64,000 nt of DNA from Verrucomicrobiota bacterium (GCA_004293445.1 RDYP01000001.1:270754-334753); one strand, 5' to 3'. Shown: positions 1-10,678, counted from the first letter of the stretch. Notes: generated by a model from the sequence alone, not told the origin. A program made the numbers and translations.

Positions 1-978
1 ACCCGCGTCCTGATCCCAGCCCAAGTGGTCGAGGAGGGCTTGCTTCGCCCACGCCGCGAAACCGCCATCGCCCGGCCTGGCCGTTGTCTGCAACCGCTCG
101 CCATAGCCTCACCCGCTTCCATCGCTTCCCTCCTAGCCGAAGCCGCGACTTATCGCGCCGCCCGCAAGGCTCGACGTTTCCTCCGCGCCGTCGAAGCCCA
201 GGGCCGGGATGCCGCCCTCTACCAAGCCGTCGCAGAAACCTTAGGCTATCGTGCAAATGCTCTCCCGATGCGCCTCCTTGCCCAGCGCATGCCACTCGCA
301 GCACTGCGCGAGCAGTCCGATCAGAGCACGGCACTCATCTTCGGTGCCGCCGGATTTCTCACGCCGGACTTGCATGAAAAAGCCCCGCCCGACACCCGCG
401 ACCACCTTCGCACGCTTTGGGAAAGCTGGTGGAAGGCACGCGGTCGATGGGAATCCACCCACCCACTTCCATGGAAGTCAGGTGGCCAGCGCCCCGCCAA
501 TCATCCCCATCGCCGCGTCGCTGCCCTTGCAGCGCTCGCCAACAACTGGCCCCGTTTCCGCAAGCTGGCCTTTGCCCGCCCCCTCGACGCTCCCGCCATC
601 ATCGATCACCTCGCAAAGCTCGACGACGCCTTCTGGACCCGACGTCACACCCTGTCATCCTCCGCCACGACTCGCCCCCTTGCGCTCTTCGGGAGGGGCA
701 GCGCGATCGAACTCCTTGCCAATCATCTTATCCCTCTCGCCTTGCACGATGGCGAACCTTTCGAGTCCTACCTCAAGCTCGCCGCTCCCGCCCGCAACGA
801 AAAGGTGCGCCGCTGCGCCATTCGACTCTTCGGGAGCGAAGATGCCGCCTCACCGTGGTTAAAGAAAGCGGCCCACCATCAAGCACTCCTGCAAATTTAC
901 CACGACTTCTGCCTCGAAGACTCCAGCGATTGCGCCGCCTGCCCCTTCCCCGAGCAGCTCCGCCAGTGGGCCCGCTAA
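1..978 (+). CDS. DUF2851-family protein, 5' end outside the window
   Basis: The reading frame is open from nt 1, with no stop before the listed GTG at 25. The Cys-rich tail HHQALLQIYHDFCLEDSSDCAACPFPEQL is typical of DUF2851 as I remember the family. Confidence 0.5.
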   Translation, partial: TRVLIPAQVVEEGLLRPRRETAIARPGRCLQPLAIASPASIASLLAEAATYRAARKARRFLRAVEAQGRDAALYQAVAETLGYRANALPMRLLAQRMPLAALREQSDQSTALIFGAAGFLTPDLHEKAPPDTRDHLRTLWESWWKARGRWESTHPLPWKSGGQRPANHPHRRVAALAALANNWPRFRKLAFARPLDAPAIIDHLAKLDDAFWTRRHTLSSSATTRPLALFGRGSAIELLANHLIPLALHDGEPFESYLKLAAPARNEKVRRCAIRLFGSEDAASPWLKKAAHHQALLQIYHDFCLEDSSDCAACPFPEQLRQWAR

Positions 979-1015
979 TCTCGAATCCCCGAACTCTCCC
1001 ATCCCTTCCTCTTCC

Positions 1016-2116
1016 ATGACCGCCCTCGAAGCTCTCGTTGCCCTGAATCTCCTTCCGAAAATCGGTCCCGTTCGCATCCGCCGCCTGCTGGATCGCTTCG
1101 ACTCGCCGGCAGCGGTTCTCACCGCATCCAAAGACGAGCTCCTCCGCATCGATGGCATCGGCGAAGAAACCGCTGGCATCCTCACCCGCTGGCAGGACCA
1201 CGCCGACCCCACCAAGGAGCTCCGCGAAGTTCACGAGCGCGGCCTCTCTCTCATCCACGCCAGTGATCCCGCCTTCCCTCCGTCTTTACGTGAGGCCTAC
1301 GACGCGCCCCTCTTCCTTTACGTCTGGGGAAAAATCGAAGAGCGCGATCGTCATGCCATCGGCGTCGTCGGGACCCGCCGCATCACCACCTATGGTCGCA
1401 ACGTCACCAAGAAACTTTCCTTCGAACTCGCCCACGCCGGATTCACCATCGTGTCCGGCCTTGCTCGTGGTGTCGATACCGTCGCCCATGAAGCCGCGGT
1501 GGCCGCAAACGGCCGCACCATCGCGGTCATCGGCTCCGGACTCGCCAAGCTTTTCCCCGCTGAAAACCTCGCTCTTGCCGAAAAAATCGCCGACGGCCAC
1601 GGCGCCGTAGTCAGCGAATTCCCCCTCCACACATCACCCGACAAGCAAACCTTTCCCCAGCGCAATCGCATCGTCGCCGCCTGGTCGCGAGCCCTACTCG
1701 TCACCGAGTGCCCGGCATGGTCCGGTTCTCTCATCACAGCCAACCTCGCCGCGGAGTACGGCCGTCCCGTTTTCGCCGTCCCCGGCCCCATCACGTCTCC
1801 CACATCCTCCGGTTGCAATCGCCTGATCCGCGATGGAGCGACCCTCGTGACCGATGGTTCCGATATCCTCGACGACCTCGGCGAACTCCCCTTCGCCCGC
1901 CAATCCACCCTGCCCCTCGAGGAAAACCACGCCGTCCCTGAACTCCCGCCCGAGGAAGCCAGCGTCTTTGCCGCTCTCGGAGACCACGAGTCCGGCGTCG
2001 ATCGGCTGATCGATATGACCGGGCTCCCGTCACAAATCGTGACCGCCACCCTGATGAAATTGGAGATGCGCCGCCTCGTCCGCGCCCTTCCCGGCTTCCG
2101 TTATGTAAAACGCTGA
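1016..2116 (+). CDS. dprA: DNA-processing protein DprA (Smf)
   Basis: 366 aa. The Rossmann-like DprA core reads [46 protein letters not shown]...IAVIGSGL...FPQRNRIVA. There is a C-terminal winged-helix-like tail. Confidence 0.9.
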   Translation: MTALEALVALNLLPKIGPVRIRRLLDRFDSPAAVLTASKDELLRIDGIGEETAGILTRWQDHADPTKELREVHERGLSLIHASDPAFPPSLREAYDAPLFLYVWGKIEERDRHAIGVVGTRRITTYGRNVTKKLSFELAHAGFTIVSGLARGVDTVAHEAAVAANGRTIAVIGSGLAKLFPAENLALAEKIADGHGAVVSEFPLHTSPDKQTFPQRNRIVAAWSRALLVTECPAWSGSLITANLAAEYGRPVFAVPGPITSPTSSGCNRLIRDGATLVTDGSDILDDLGELPFARQSTLPLEENHAVPELPPEEASVFAALGDHESGVDRLIDMTGLPSQIVTATLMKLEMRRLVRALPGFRYVKR

Positions 2117-2217
2117 GCTTTCCCCAAACCCATCCAATACCCCGCCCAATCCCGAATCCCCTTGCCAAGCCGCCTCCCGGCCGTCTAGTCCCTCGGCCCG
2201 GAGCCTGCCACCATCCC

Positions 2218-4740
2218 ATGGGAAAAATCCTCATCATCGCCGAAAAGCCCAGCGTCATGACCGACCTCAGCAAGGCCCTCGCCAAGCCACTGGGAAGGTT
2301 CGAGAAGGAGGGCTCCGGCCGCGATTCGTGGTTCGAGAATGATCAGGCCATCATCACCTCCGCCGTCGGCCACCTCGTTGAACTTCGCATGCCAACGGGC
2401 CCGAATGGCAAGAAGCTCCCCTGGAACTTCGATGTCCTACCCGCCATTCCGGATTCCTTCGATCTCGATCCCATTCCCGATTCAGAGGCCCGCCTCAAGC
2501 AGGTCCTCAAGCTCGCCAAACGCAAGGATGTCGACAGCATCGTCAACGCTTGCGACGCCGGCCGCGAAGGCGAACTGATCTTCCGCTACATCATGGACAT
2601 CGGCGCTGTCAAAAAGCCGGTCCGCCGCCTCTGGATGCAGTCGATGACCAACCAAGCCATCATCGATGCTTGGGAAAAGCTCCGCTCCGATGACGAGATG
2701 CGCGCTTTGGCGGACGCCGCAAAGTGCCGCTCGGAATCCGACTGGCTCGTCGGCCTCAATGCCACCCGCGCCTTGACCTGCTTCCGCTCCCGTCACGGCG
2801 GCTTCAACATCACCGCCGCAGGTCGGGTCCAGACTCCCACCCTCGCTATCCTCGCCGCCCGCGAAGCCGAGATCCAAGCCTTCCAATCCAGCCCCTACTT
2901 CGAGGTCCACGCCAACTTCAGCGTCAGCGCCGGGAACTACGACGGGAAGTGGATCGACGAACAATTCCGCAAGAGCGAGGCAAATCCCCACGGCCGCGCC
3001 GAGCGGATTTGGGATCAAGCCAGCGCCGATGCGATCAAGTCACGCTGCGACGGCAAAACCGGTGCCGTTTCCCAAGAGACCAAGGCGCAGTCCCAAATCG
3101 CCCCTCAACTCTACGACCTCACCACCCTTCAGCGCGACGCTCCCTTCACCGCCAAGGGAACTCTGGCCATCGCCCAAGCGCTCTACGAGAAGCACAAGAT
3201 GATCACCTACCCCCGGACCGACTCCCGCTACCTGCCGGAGGATTACGGGGACACCGTGCGCGAAACCCTCAAGGATATCGCCTCCTCCGATCTCGGCGTC
3301 GCGAGGTACGCCCGCATGGTCCTCGAAGGGAAAAACGACCACGGCCCCCGCTTCCACAAATCCAAGCGGGTCTTCGATTCGAAAAAAGTTTCCGACCACT
3401 TTGCGATCATTCCCACCGGCAAGATCGCAAAGCTCAGTGACACCGAGGAGAAGCTCTACGACATGATCGTCAAGCGCTTCATCGCGGTGTTCTTCCCCAG
3501 CGCCGAATACGAGCAGACCACCCGCCTCACCCGTATTCATCACGGCGAGATCACCGATACCTTCCGCACCGATGGCCGCGTGATGGTCAAGGCCGGCTGG
3601 CAGGAAGTTTACGGCAAACGCCCCGGCGTCGCCTCCGGCAAGGACGAACTCACCGCGGTCAGCCCCGGCGAATCCGCTCGGGTTGAGGAAATCGAAGTCC
3701 GCTACGAACACACCAAGCCCCCGGCCCGTTTCACCGAATCCACCCTTCTCTCCGCCATGGAAGGAGCCGGCAAACTCATCGATGACGAGGAGCTTCGCGA
3801 CGCTATGTCCGAGCGCGGCCTCGGCACCCCAGCAACCCGCGCCGCGACAATCGAAGGCCTCATTGCCCAAAAATACATCGTCCGCGATGGCCGCGACCTT
3901 CATGTCACGCCTAATGGCATGCGCCTCATCGCCATCCTCAAGGAGATGAACATTGTCGGCCTCACCTCACCCGACCTCACAGGGGAATGGGAGTTCAAGC
4001 TGCGCAAAATGGAGCAGGGCCAGCTCCAGCGCGAAACCTTCATGCGGGAGATCGAAAGCTACACCCGCGACATCGTTACCCGCGCCAAGTCCCTTGCCAC
4101 CGAAATCAAGAATCGACCCTTCGACGACCTCGATGCCACCTGCCCGAAATGCGGAACGAAGGGCCTGAAACAGACCGACGCCACCTACGAGTGCCGCGCC
4201 CTCGACTGCGGCTTCAAGGCGAAGAAACACATCGCCGGTCGCCTGATTAGCGAGGAGGAGGCGCGAGAACTCTTCAGCAAGAAATTCGTCGGCCCCCTCA
4301 CCGGTTTCAAATCGAAGTTCAACAAGCTCTTCGACGCCGCTCTTGAGCTGGATGACAAGTTCAAGGTCAACTTTGTCTTCGAGGGCAAAGAAGATCAAAC
4401 CGTGGAGCTCACCGACGACATGATCCTTGGCACGGTCTCCATCGCCGATGGACGCAAGGTCACCGTTTATGGCACCGAAAAAGCCTACATTGTCCCCGAG
4501 TTAAAAACCAAGACCGAGCCCGAGGGTCTCCGCCTCGGCCGCTCGATCCTTCAGAAGGAGATCGACCCCGAACAGGCCTTCAAACTCCTCGCGGAGGGCA
4601 AGACGGACTTGATCAAAGGCTTTGTTTCCAATCGGACCAAGCGCTCTTTCGATGCCCACCTCACGATGGATTTCGATAAGGGCAAAATTGGCTTCGAGTT
4701 CCCACCGCGAGCCCCGAAAGCGACAAAAGCGAAGAAATAA
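2218..4740 (+). CDS. topB: Type IA DNA topoisomerase, topoisomerase III-like, with a C-terminal Zn-ribbon and Lys-rich tail
   Basis: 840 aa. The N-terminal Toprim motif is ILIIAEKPS. The active-site Tyr context [16 protein letters not shown] matches the Topo III pattern rather than the TopA pattern ITYMRTDS. The Zn-ribbon reads [25 protein letters not shown]. Confidence 0.85.
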   Translation: MGKILIIAEKPSVMTDLSKALAKPLGRFEKEGSGRDSWFENDQAIITSAVGHLVELRMPTGPNGKKLPWNFDVLPAIPDSFDLDPIPDSEARLKQVLKLAKRKDVDSIVNACDAGREGELIFRYIMDIGAVKKPVRRLWMQSMTNQAIIDAWEKLRSDDEMRALADAAKCRSESDWLVGLNATRALTCFRSRHGGFNITAAGRVQTPTLAILAAREAEIQAFQSSPYFEVHANFSVSAGNYDGKWIDEQFRKSEANPHGRAERIWDQASADAIKSRCDGKTGAVSQETKAQSQIAPQLYDLTTLQRDAPFTAKGTLAIAQALYEKHKMITYPRTDSRYLPEDYGDTVRETLKDIASSDLGVARYARMVLEGKNDHGPRFHKSKRVFDSKKVSDHFAIIPTGKIAKLSDTEEKLYDMIVKRFIAVFFPSAEYEQTTRLTRIHHGEITDTFRTDGRVMVKAGWQEVYGKRPGVASGKDELTAVSPGESARVEEIEVRYEHTKPPARFTESTLLSAMEGAGKLIDDEELRDAMSERGLGTPATRAATIEGLIAQKYIVRDGRDLHVTPNGMRLIAILKEMNIVGLTSPDLTGEWEFKLRKMEQGQLQRETFMREIESYTRDIVTRAKSLATEIKNRPFDDLDATCPKCGTKGLKQTDATYECRALDCGFKAKKHIAGRLISEEEARELFSKKFVGPLTGFKSKFNKLFDAALELDDKFKVNFVFEGKEDQTVELTDDMILGTVSIADGRKVTVYGTEKAYIVPELKTKTEPEGLRLGRSILQKEIDPEQAFKLLAEGKTDLIKGFVSNRTKRSFDAHLTMDFDKGKIGFEFPPRAPKATKAKK

Positions 4741-4793
4741 TCGGCGGGAATTCCCGGCACTACCGCCTTCCCCCAAGGCCAAGTCTGCCGCAA

Positions 4794-5126
4794 CCGCCCC
4801 CAAAAACGGTAGGGCTGGACCGCCGGGCCGGCCCACTTGCCGCCCAAAGGGCGAGTCGCCCAAGCCACAGCCAATGGCAGCCGCCCCCTAAAACCCGGTA
4901 GGGCTGGACCGCCGGGCCGGCCCACTTGCCGCCCAAAGGGCGGGTCGCCCAAGCCACAGCCAATAGCAGCCGCGCCCAAAAACCGGTAGGGCTGGACCGC
5001 CGGGCCGGCCCACTTGCCCCCAGAGGGCGGGTCGCCAAAGCCACAGCCAATGGCAGCCGCCCCCAAAAACCGGTAGGGCTGGACCGCCGGGCCGGCCCAC
5101 TTGCCGCCCAAAGGGCGGGTCGCCCA
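4794..5126. repeat. Tandem array of about 3.8 copies of an ~88-bp GC-rich unit
   Basis: Units lie at 4794-4880 (87 nt), 4881-4969 (89 nt), 4970-5056 (87 nt) and 5057-5126 (truncated). The shared core is CGGTAGGGCTGGACCGCCGGGCCGGCCCACTTGCCGCCCAAAGGGCGGGTCGCCCAAGCCACAGCCAATGGCAG. A degenerate partial unit sits at about 4770-4793. Unit lengths are not multiples of 3. Confidence 0.95.
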
Positions 5127-5220
5127 TGCACCCGCCCACGAATTTCCCCTCCACAATGCGGAGCTCCGTCCACCTTTCCCCTTGGCCGAGTCCGGGCGAA
5201 TCGCTTAGGAGTTCTCCCGC

Positions 5221-8200
5221 ATGCCGCAACCCAAGACCGACAAGCTCCTCGCCGCCAACCGCGGTGAAATCGCCATCCGCATTTTCCGCGCCGCGAACGA
5301 ACTCGGACTCCGCACCGTTTCGATGTTCGCCGAGGAGGACCGATTCTCCCGCCACCGCTTCAAGGCCGACGAAGCCTATCAACTCGACAAGGACAAAGGC
5401 CCCGTCGGCGCCTATCTCGACGTCGAAGGCATCGTCGCCATGGCGAAAGCCAAGGGCGTCACTCTCGTCCACCCCGGTTACGGATTCCTTTCCGAAAACG
5501 CAGCCTTCGCCCGTGCCTGCGCCCGCGAGGGCATGACGTTCATCGGTCCCTCGCCCGAATTGCTCGAAAACATGGGCGACAAAACCGCCGCCCGTCACCT
5601 TGCCGCGAAATACAACGTTCCCACCCTGCCAGGGACGGAGGAGCCCGTGACCGACCGGGAGCAAGCGATGAAGGTGGCCCCTTCGATCGGCTTTCCCCTC
5701 ATCATCAAGGCAGCCTTCGGCGGCGGCGGCCGTGGGATGCGCGTGGTGATGGAGCCTCACCAACTCCCCGCCTTGTTGGCCGAGGCTCAGAACGAGGCGC
5801 TCAACGCTTTCGGCAATGCCGCCGTCTTCCTCGAACGCTACATTTCGCGGGCCAAGCACATCGAGGTTCAGATCCTCGGCGACCAACACGGCAACGTCGT
5901 CCACCTTCACGAACGCGACTGCTCGGTCCAGCGTCGCTACCAGAAAGTCGTCGAGATCGCCCCCTCCGTGGAGCTCGATCCCGTCGTCCGTAAGGAACTC
6001 TGCGAGGCAGCGGTCACGCTCGCCAAAGGCATCGGCTACAACAACGCCGGCACGGTCGAGTTCCTCTATGACATGGACAAGAAGGATTGGTTCTTCATCG
6101 AGATGAACCCCCGCATCCAGGTCGAACACACCGTGACCGAATGCGTCACGGGCATCGATCTCGTGCGTTCCCAAATCCTCGTCGCCAAGGGCTATTCGCT
6201 TTTCAGTCCCGAAATCGCCATCCCCAGCCAGGCGGATATTCCCTGCAACGGCTACGCCATCCAGTGCCGCATCACCACCGAGGACCCGGAGCGGGGTTTC
6301 GCCCCCGATTACGGCCGCATCCTCAATTACCGCTCCGCCGCAGGTTTCGGAATCCGTCTCGATGCCGGCTCGGGCGACGCCGGCTCGGTGATCACGCCTT
6401 TCTACGATTCCATGCTGGTGAAGCTCACCGCCATGGGCCGGGACTTCGAGACCGCCTGCCAGCGCATGGACCGCGCTCTGCGCGAGTTCCGTATCCGCGG
6501 GGTGAAGACCAATATCCCATTCCTCGAGAACGTCATCAGCGACGACACCTTCCGCAGTGGCCAGGCTCACACCAAGCTCATCGATACCAAGCCCGAGCTG
6601 GTCAAGTTCAAGCCCAAGCGCGACCGTGCCACCAAGCTGCTCTCCTACCTCTCCGACATCACCGTCAACGGCAACGCCACCGCCAAAGGCTGGAAACCCG
6701 AGAAGTCGATTCCCTCTCCACGGATTCCCCACACCCACGACAAGAAGGTTGTGGGCGGCTTGCCCGCGGTGCAGTCCCGGGATCTTCTGTTAGAACTCGG
6801 CCCGGAAAAGTTCAGCCGCTGGATTCTCGATCAGAAGCGCCTCTTGATCACCGACACCTCGATGCGCGATGCCCACCAGTCGCTCATCGCGACTCGCATG
6901 CGCAGTCTCGACATGCTACGCATCGCCGACCATTACGCGGCCAGCCTACCCCAGCTCTTCTCTCTCGAAATGTGGGGCGGCGCGACCTTCGACACTGCCA
7001 TGCGTTTCCTCAAGGAGTGCCCTTGGGAACGCCTCCGCCGCCTCCGCGAAAAGGTTCCCGGTATCCTGTTCCAGATGCTCTTCCGTGGCTCGAACGCTGT
7101 CGGCTACTCGAACTACCCCGACAACGTCGTCGCTGGCTTCGTCAAGCACTCGGCCGACGCTGGCATGGACATCTTCCGCATCTTCGACTCCCTCAATTAC
7201 CTCCCCAACATGCGGGTCGCGATGGAGGCTGTGCGGGAGCACGGCAAACCTCTCTGCGAAGCCGCTATTTGCTACACCGGCGACATTCTCAACGAGAAGC
7301 GCGACAAATATTCCCTCAAATACTACGTCGCGAAAGCCAAGGAGCTTGAAGCGATGGGTGCCCACATCCTCGCCATCAAGGACATGGCGGGCCTCTGCAA
7401 GCCTCAGGCTGCGTATGATCTGGTCGCCGCCCTGAAGCAGGAAATCGGCATTCCTATCCACTTCCACACGCACGACACCTCCGGTCTCAACGCGGCGTCC
7501 GTCCTTGCCGCTTCCAAGGCGGGTGTCGACATCGTGGATCTTGCCATGGCCTCGCTGTCGGGTTCCACCTCACAGCCGAACCTCAACTCCGTCTGCTCTG
7601 CCATCGCCGGTACCGAGCGCGATCCCGGCCTTGATTTCGATGCACTCAACGAGGTCTCGGACTACTGGGAGGAAGTCCTCGCTCAATATCAACCCTTCGA
7701 TTCGGCCCCACGGTCCGGCACTGCGGAGGTCTATGAGCACGAGATGCCCGGCGGCCAATACACGAATCTCCGCGAGCAAGCCAACGCCATGGGGCTCGGC
7801 CACCGCTGGCGCGAAATCTCCCGCACCTACGCCGACGTCAACCAGCTCTTCGGCGACATCGTCAAGGTCACCCCGTCGTCGAAAGTGGTCGGCGACATGG
7901 CGATGTTCCTGATCACCCGCGGCATCAAAGCGGCCGACGTGCCGAAGCTCAAGCCGGGCTCCATCGACTGGCCGGAGAGCGTCATCGACATGCTCGCCGG
8001 AGGACTGGGCCAGCCGGACGGAGGATGGCCTGCGGATGTCCAGGCTGTCGTTCTCGGAAATAAGCCGTCCACCACTTGCCGCCCCGGCGAACTCGCTGCT
8101 CCGGTGGATCTCGATGCCACCCGCGCCGACGTCTCCAAGAAGCTTGGACGCCCTGCCAGCGACGACGACCTGTATTCCCACCTCATGTATCCACAGGTCT

Positions 8201-8691
8201 TCGCCGATTTCACCGCCTTCCGCGGCAAGTATGACGACCTCAGTGGACTCGCCACCCCCGCCTTCTTCTACGGCCTTCAAGTCGGCGAAGAAGTGGAAGT
8301 TGAAATCGACCCCGGTAAGACGCTCTTCGTCAAGCTCCTCTCCCTCGGCGAGGCCGACGACGAAGGCCGTCGCACCCTGTTCTACGAGCTCAATGGCATG
8401 CCTCGCGAGAGCATGGTTCTGGACAAGTCGCTGGTCGCCACCTCCAAGGCCGCGCGCATCAAGGGCGACACCAGTGATCCTGCTCAAGCCTGTGCCCCGA
8501 TGCCAGGCATGGTGACTGAGATCGCCGTCTCTCCGGGGCAGGAGGTCAAAGCCGGTGACAAGCTCATCGTCCTCGAAGCGATGAAAATGCTCACCACCGT
8601 CAGCGCCAGCGCCGATGGCGTTGTCAAAGAACTCCTCGTTCAAAAAGGCGACCAAGTCGACAGCGACGACCTCCTCGTCCGTCTCGCATGA
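5221..8691 (+). CDS. pyc: Pyruvate carboxylase (single-chain)
   Basis: 1156 aa. The N-terminal biotin carboxylase ATP-grasp carries EMNPRIQVEHTV. A central HMGL-like carboxyltransferase follows. The C-terminal biotinyl domain has the motif VLEAMKM. Confidence 0.95.
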   Translation: MPQPKTDKLLAANRGEIAIRIFRAANELGLRTVSMFAEEDRFSRHRFKADEAYQLDKDKGPVGAYLDVEGIVAMAKAKGVTLVHPGYGFLSENAAFARACAREGMTFIGPSPELLENMGDKTAARHLAAKYNVPTLPGTEEPVTDREQAMKVAPSIGFPLIIKAAFGGGGRGMRVVMEPHQLPALLAEAQNEALNAFGNAAVFLERYISRAKHIEVQILGDQHGNVVHLHERDCSVQRRYQKVVEIAPSVELDPVVRKELCEAAVTLAKGIGYNNAGTVEFLYDMDKKDWFFIEMNPRIQVEHTVTECVTGIDLVRSQILVAKGYSLFSPEIAIPSQADIPCNGYAIQCRITTEDPERGFAPDYGRILNYRSAAGFGIRLDAGSGDAGSVITPFYDSMLVKLTAMGRDFETACQRMDRALREFRIRGVKTNIPFLENVISDDTFRSGQAHTKLIDTKPELVKFKPKRDRATKLLSYLSDITVNGNATAKGWKPEKSIPSPRIPHTHDKKVVGGLPAVQSRDLLLELGPEKFSRWILDQKRLLITDTSMRDAHQSLIATRMRSLDMLRIADHYAASLPQLFSLEMWGGATFDTAMRFLKECPWERLRRLREKVPGILFQMLFRGSNAVGYSNYPDNVVAGFVKHSADAGMDIFRIFDSLNYLPNMRVAMEAVREHGKPLCEAAICYTGDILNEKRDKYSLKYYVAKAKELEAMGAHILAIKDMAGLCKPQAAYDLVAALKQEIGIPIHFHTHDTSGLNAASVLAASKAGVDIVDLAMASLSGSTSQPNLNSVCSAIAGTERDPGLDFDALNEVSDYWEEVLAQYQPFDSAPRSGTAEVYEHEMPGGQYTNLREQANAMGLGHRWREISRTYADVNQLFGDIVKVTPSSKVVGDMAMFLITRGIKAADVPKLKPGSIDWPESVIDMLAGGLGQPDGGWPADVQAVVLGNKPSTTCRPGELAAPVDLDATRADVSKKLGRPASDDDLYSHLMYPQVFADFTAFRGKYDDLSGLATPAFFYGLQVGEEVEVEIDPGKTLFVKLLSLGEADDEGRRTLFYELNGMPRESMVLDKSLVATSKAARIKGDTSDPAQACAPMPGMVTEIAVSPGQEVKAGDKLIVLEAMKMLTTVSASADGVVKELLVQKGDQVDSDDLLVRLA

Positions 8692-8706
8692 AGTGACATA
8701 CCTCTC

Positions 8707-8740
8707 GGTGCACCTGACGCTTGGTCGTTGGGTGCACCTG
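8707..8740. promoter_or_regulatory. Two copies of GGTGCACCTG, each containing the palindrome GGTGCACC, spaced 24 bp apart
   Basis: Copies lie at 8707-8716 and 8731-8740, in the pyc to FkbM-gene spacer, followed by TTTAAAT. A function as an operator is inference only. Confidence 0.25.
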
Positions 8741-8832
8741 TTTAAATGGAAGTATCAGAGCAAGCCCACCTCGTCATGGTCCCGGGCTTGCGCGCCTCGA
8801 TCATTACCCACAAGCCTTACCAGTGTATCCTC

Positions 8833-9774
8833 ATGAAAGTCAGTCTCTATAAGCGTTTTGAGAAAGCCTTCAAACGAACCTATCTGAAACCGCTTACTCT
8901 CTTTCGCTACGGAACATTGCACCCTCATCGCGCGAAATTGAATGGATCCGATCATTGGATTTATATCGACGCCGACGATCCTTGCGCGGTGAAGAAGGTG
9001 ATCGAAGAGCCATTACGGGGAAAAGTTTCGGACAACCTCGTCTTCTGGCGGGATTTCAATCGTCACTTACGGCCTGATCTTCTTGTCGACGTCGGGCTCA
9101 ACTACGGCGAGTGCCTTTTTGGAGCGGACTACGCCGCGAATGCGGAGCTCTATGGGTTCGAGGCAAACCCTCGCCTGATCCCTCACCTCGAGAAAACCCG
9201 TCAAGGTCACCCTGCCGCACAACGAATCACAATCACCAATGCATTGGTTTCCGACACGCTTGCGGATCAGGTTCCATTTTTCGTCAATCCCGACTGGAGC
9301 GGTAGTTCTTCGGCTGTGCGCGAAATGAACACGCGACCTCAAACTCTGGAGTTTAAACTACCCGCTCGTTCCATCGATTCCATCATCTCACCCGAGCAAG
9401 CAATCGGCAAAACTCTACTCTTCAAGATGGACATTGAGGGCTATGAGAGCAGGGCGCTCCGAGGCTTCGTAAACACATTGGGGTGCGTGGCATGCTCGGT
9501 GGGTTTCATCGAGTTCGATGCCCAGTATATCACTTGGGCCGGCCAATCGCCGTCGGATTACCTCGACTGGTTGCGGACTCACTTCAGAATTTACCGCATT
9601 GCGAGTATCAAGACAAAGACCCTCCGCTCTATTACCTGTTTTGCAGAGCTTCCCAAGCTACACGGCGACCTTAATCGCGTGCACGTCGATTTGGTCCTCG
9701 TTGGCAAGCAGAGCCAAGACAACTGGCTCGCACCCGAATGGACAATCGTCGAACCCGATAAGCCGATCGCGTGA
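8833..9774 (+). CDS. FkbM-family SAM-dependent methyltransferase
   Basis: Motifs include LLVDVGLNYGECLF (SAM-binding, DVGAN-like), ELYGFEANP and FKMDIEGYESRAL (the IKIDVEGAE-like block). I chose the start at the internal ATG at 8833 (MKVSLYKRF). The track ORF begins at 8746. Confidence 0.7.
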   Translation: MKVSLYKRFEKAFKRTYLKPLTLFRYGTLHPHRAKLNGSDHWIYIDADDPCAVKKVIEEPLRGKVSDNLVFWRDFNRHLRPDLLVDVGLNYGECLFGADYAANAELYGFEANPRLIPHLEKTRQGHPAAQRITITNALVSDTLADQVPFFVNPDWSGSSSAVREMNTRPQTLEFKLPARSIDSIISPEQAIGKTLLFKMDIEGYESRALRGFVNTLGCVACSVGFIEFDAQYITWAGQSPSDYLDWLRTHFRIYRIASIKTKTLRSITCFAELPKLHGDLNRVHVDLVLVGKQSQDNWLAPEWTIVEPDKPIA

Positions 9775-10658
9775 TCCAGCCACTGCCCGATACCACGATC
9801 GCGGAGATTGAATCGCTCGCCGATGATCTCGACGTCTTACTATCCCGTAAGCCGAGGGGCTCTGTGACGGGCTTCCATGATCGCCGCCGGGCACTACTGG
9901 AAAAACACATCGGACGGACTCTTTCTGACAGACCATTCGAACCGATCACTTGTATCGGCGACAGCCACACCATGTTCTTTGCCGGCGCTGAGCGACTCCG
10001 ATTCATTCGCTATCGTCGCAGCGCATTCTGGAAACCCTGCTGGATCAACAGAGGCCTGGATCTCTTACCTTGCTTTCGTGTTTTCCACGTCGGACCGGCA
10101 ACTGCATGGAAAGCCGCCGACAAGAGTTCATCGACTCGCGCCTATGAGAAAATCGAAATTTTATTAAAGAAAGACGTCCTGCCCGGCAGTCCCTTGCTCC
10201 TATCGTTCGGCGAAATCGACTGCCGCGTCCACATGCCAAAGGCCACGCTCGCTGGCGGAAGCATCGAGAAGATCACTAAGGAGACTGCCGAAAAATTCAT
10301 CCGTCTCCCCTCATCACTCTTAGCCCGTGGTTATCAACCGGTGGTGTGGGGCCCTCCATCGGTTGTTCCTGAGGACGCCTTTGCAGCAGTTCCCGCAGTC
10401 CCCTTTATCGGACCATGGGAATTACGGCGTGACATCACGTATTCCTACATCGAGCACCTACGCGAGAAATGCTCGCAAATCGGCGTTCCTATGGTCTCAA
10501 TCGCTGGAAAGTACCATTCTTTGGAGGCTAAGCCCCCTTCTGCCTTTTTCCCTGATGGCAATCACCTCTCTCAGCGACTGATGCCCTTTGCACTTCAAGA
10601 ACTAGAAAGGGCTGGAGTGCTATCTCTTCCCGTCAGCCCGCTCTCGATGGAATCATAA
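9771..10658 (+). CDS. SGNH/GDSL-type hydrolase or O-acyltransferase-like protein
   Basis: Block I is CIGDSH, block III-like is SFGEID, and block V is DGNH (DxxH). The GTG start overlaps the preceding stop as GTGA at 9771-9774. Confidence 0.55.
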   Translation: MIQPLPDTTIAEIESLADDLDVLLSRKPRGSVTGFHDRRRALLEKHIGRTLSDRPFEPITCIGDSHTMFFAGAERLRFIRYRRSAFWKPCWINRGLDLLPCFRVFHVGPATAWKAADKSSSTRAYEKIEILLKKDVLPGSPLLLSFGEIDCRVHMPKATLAGGSIEKITKETAEKFIRLPSSLLARGYQPVVWGPPSVVPEDAFAAVPAVPFIGPWELRRDITYSYIEHLREKCSQIGVPMVSIAGKYHSLEAKPPSAFFPDGNHLSQRLMPFALQELERAGVLSLPVSPLSMES

Positions 10659-10678
10659 CCTTAGCTCCAATCCCGTTT

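Noticed and set aside
4794-5126. The tandem array could be read as a CRISPR array.
   Set aside because: There are no unique spacers; the whole 87-89-nt unit is repeated head to tail. No cas genes are in the window.
4551-5173. ORFs on both strands (for example 4551..5156 -, 4760..5173 -, 4926..5267 +) translate the 88-bp repeats into repetitive peptides such as GKWAGPAVQPYRF.
   Set aside because: Unit lengths of 87, 89 and 87 nt break the frame between copies. The peptides are compositional artefacts of GC-rich repeats. The ORFs overlap the 3' end of topB or the 5' region of pyc.
4888-6738. A 616-aa ORF lies antisense to pyc.
   Set aside because: It is a shadow ORF of a high-GC gene. It has an antisense-type composition (G/A/V/D/E/L-rich, no motifs) and lies fully inside the unambiguous pyruvate carboxylase gene.
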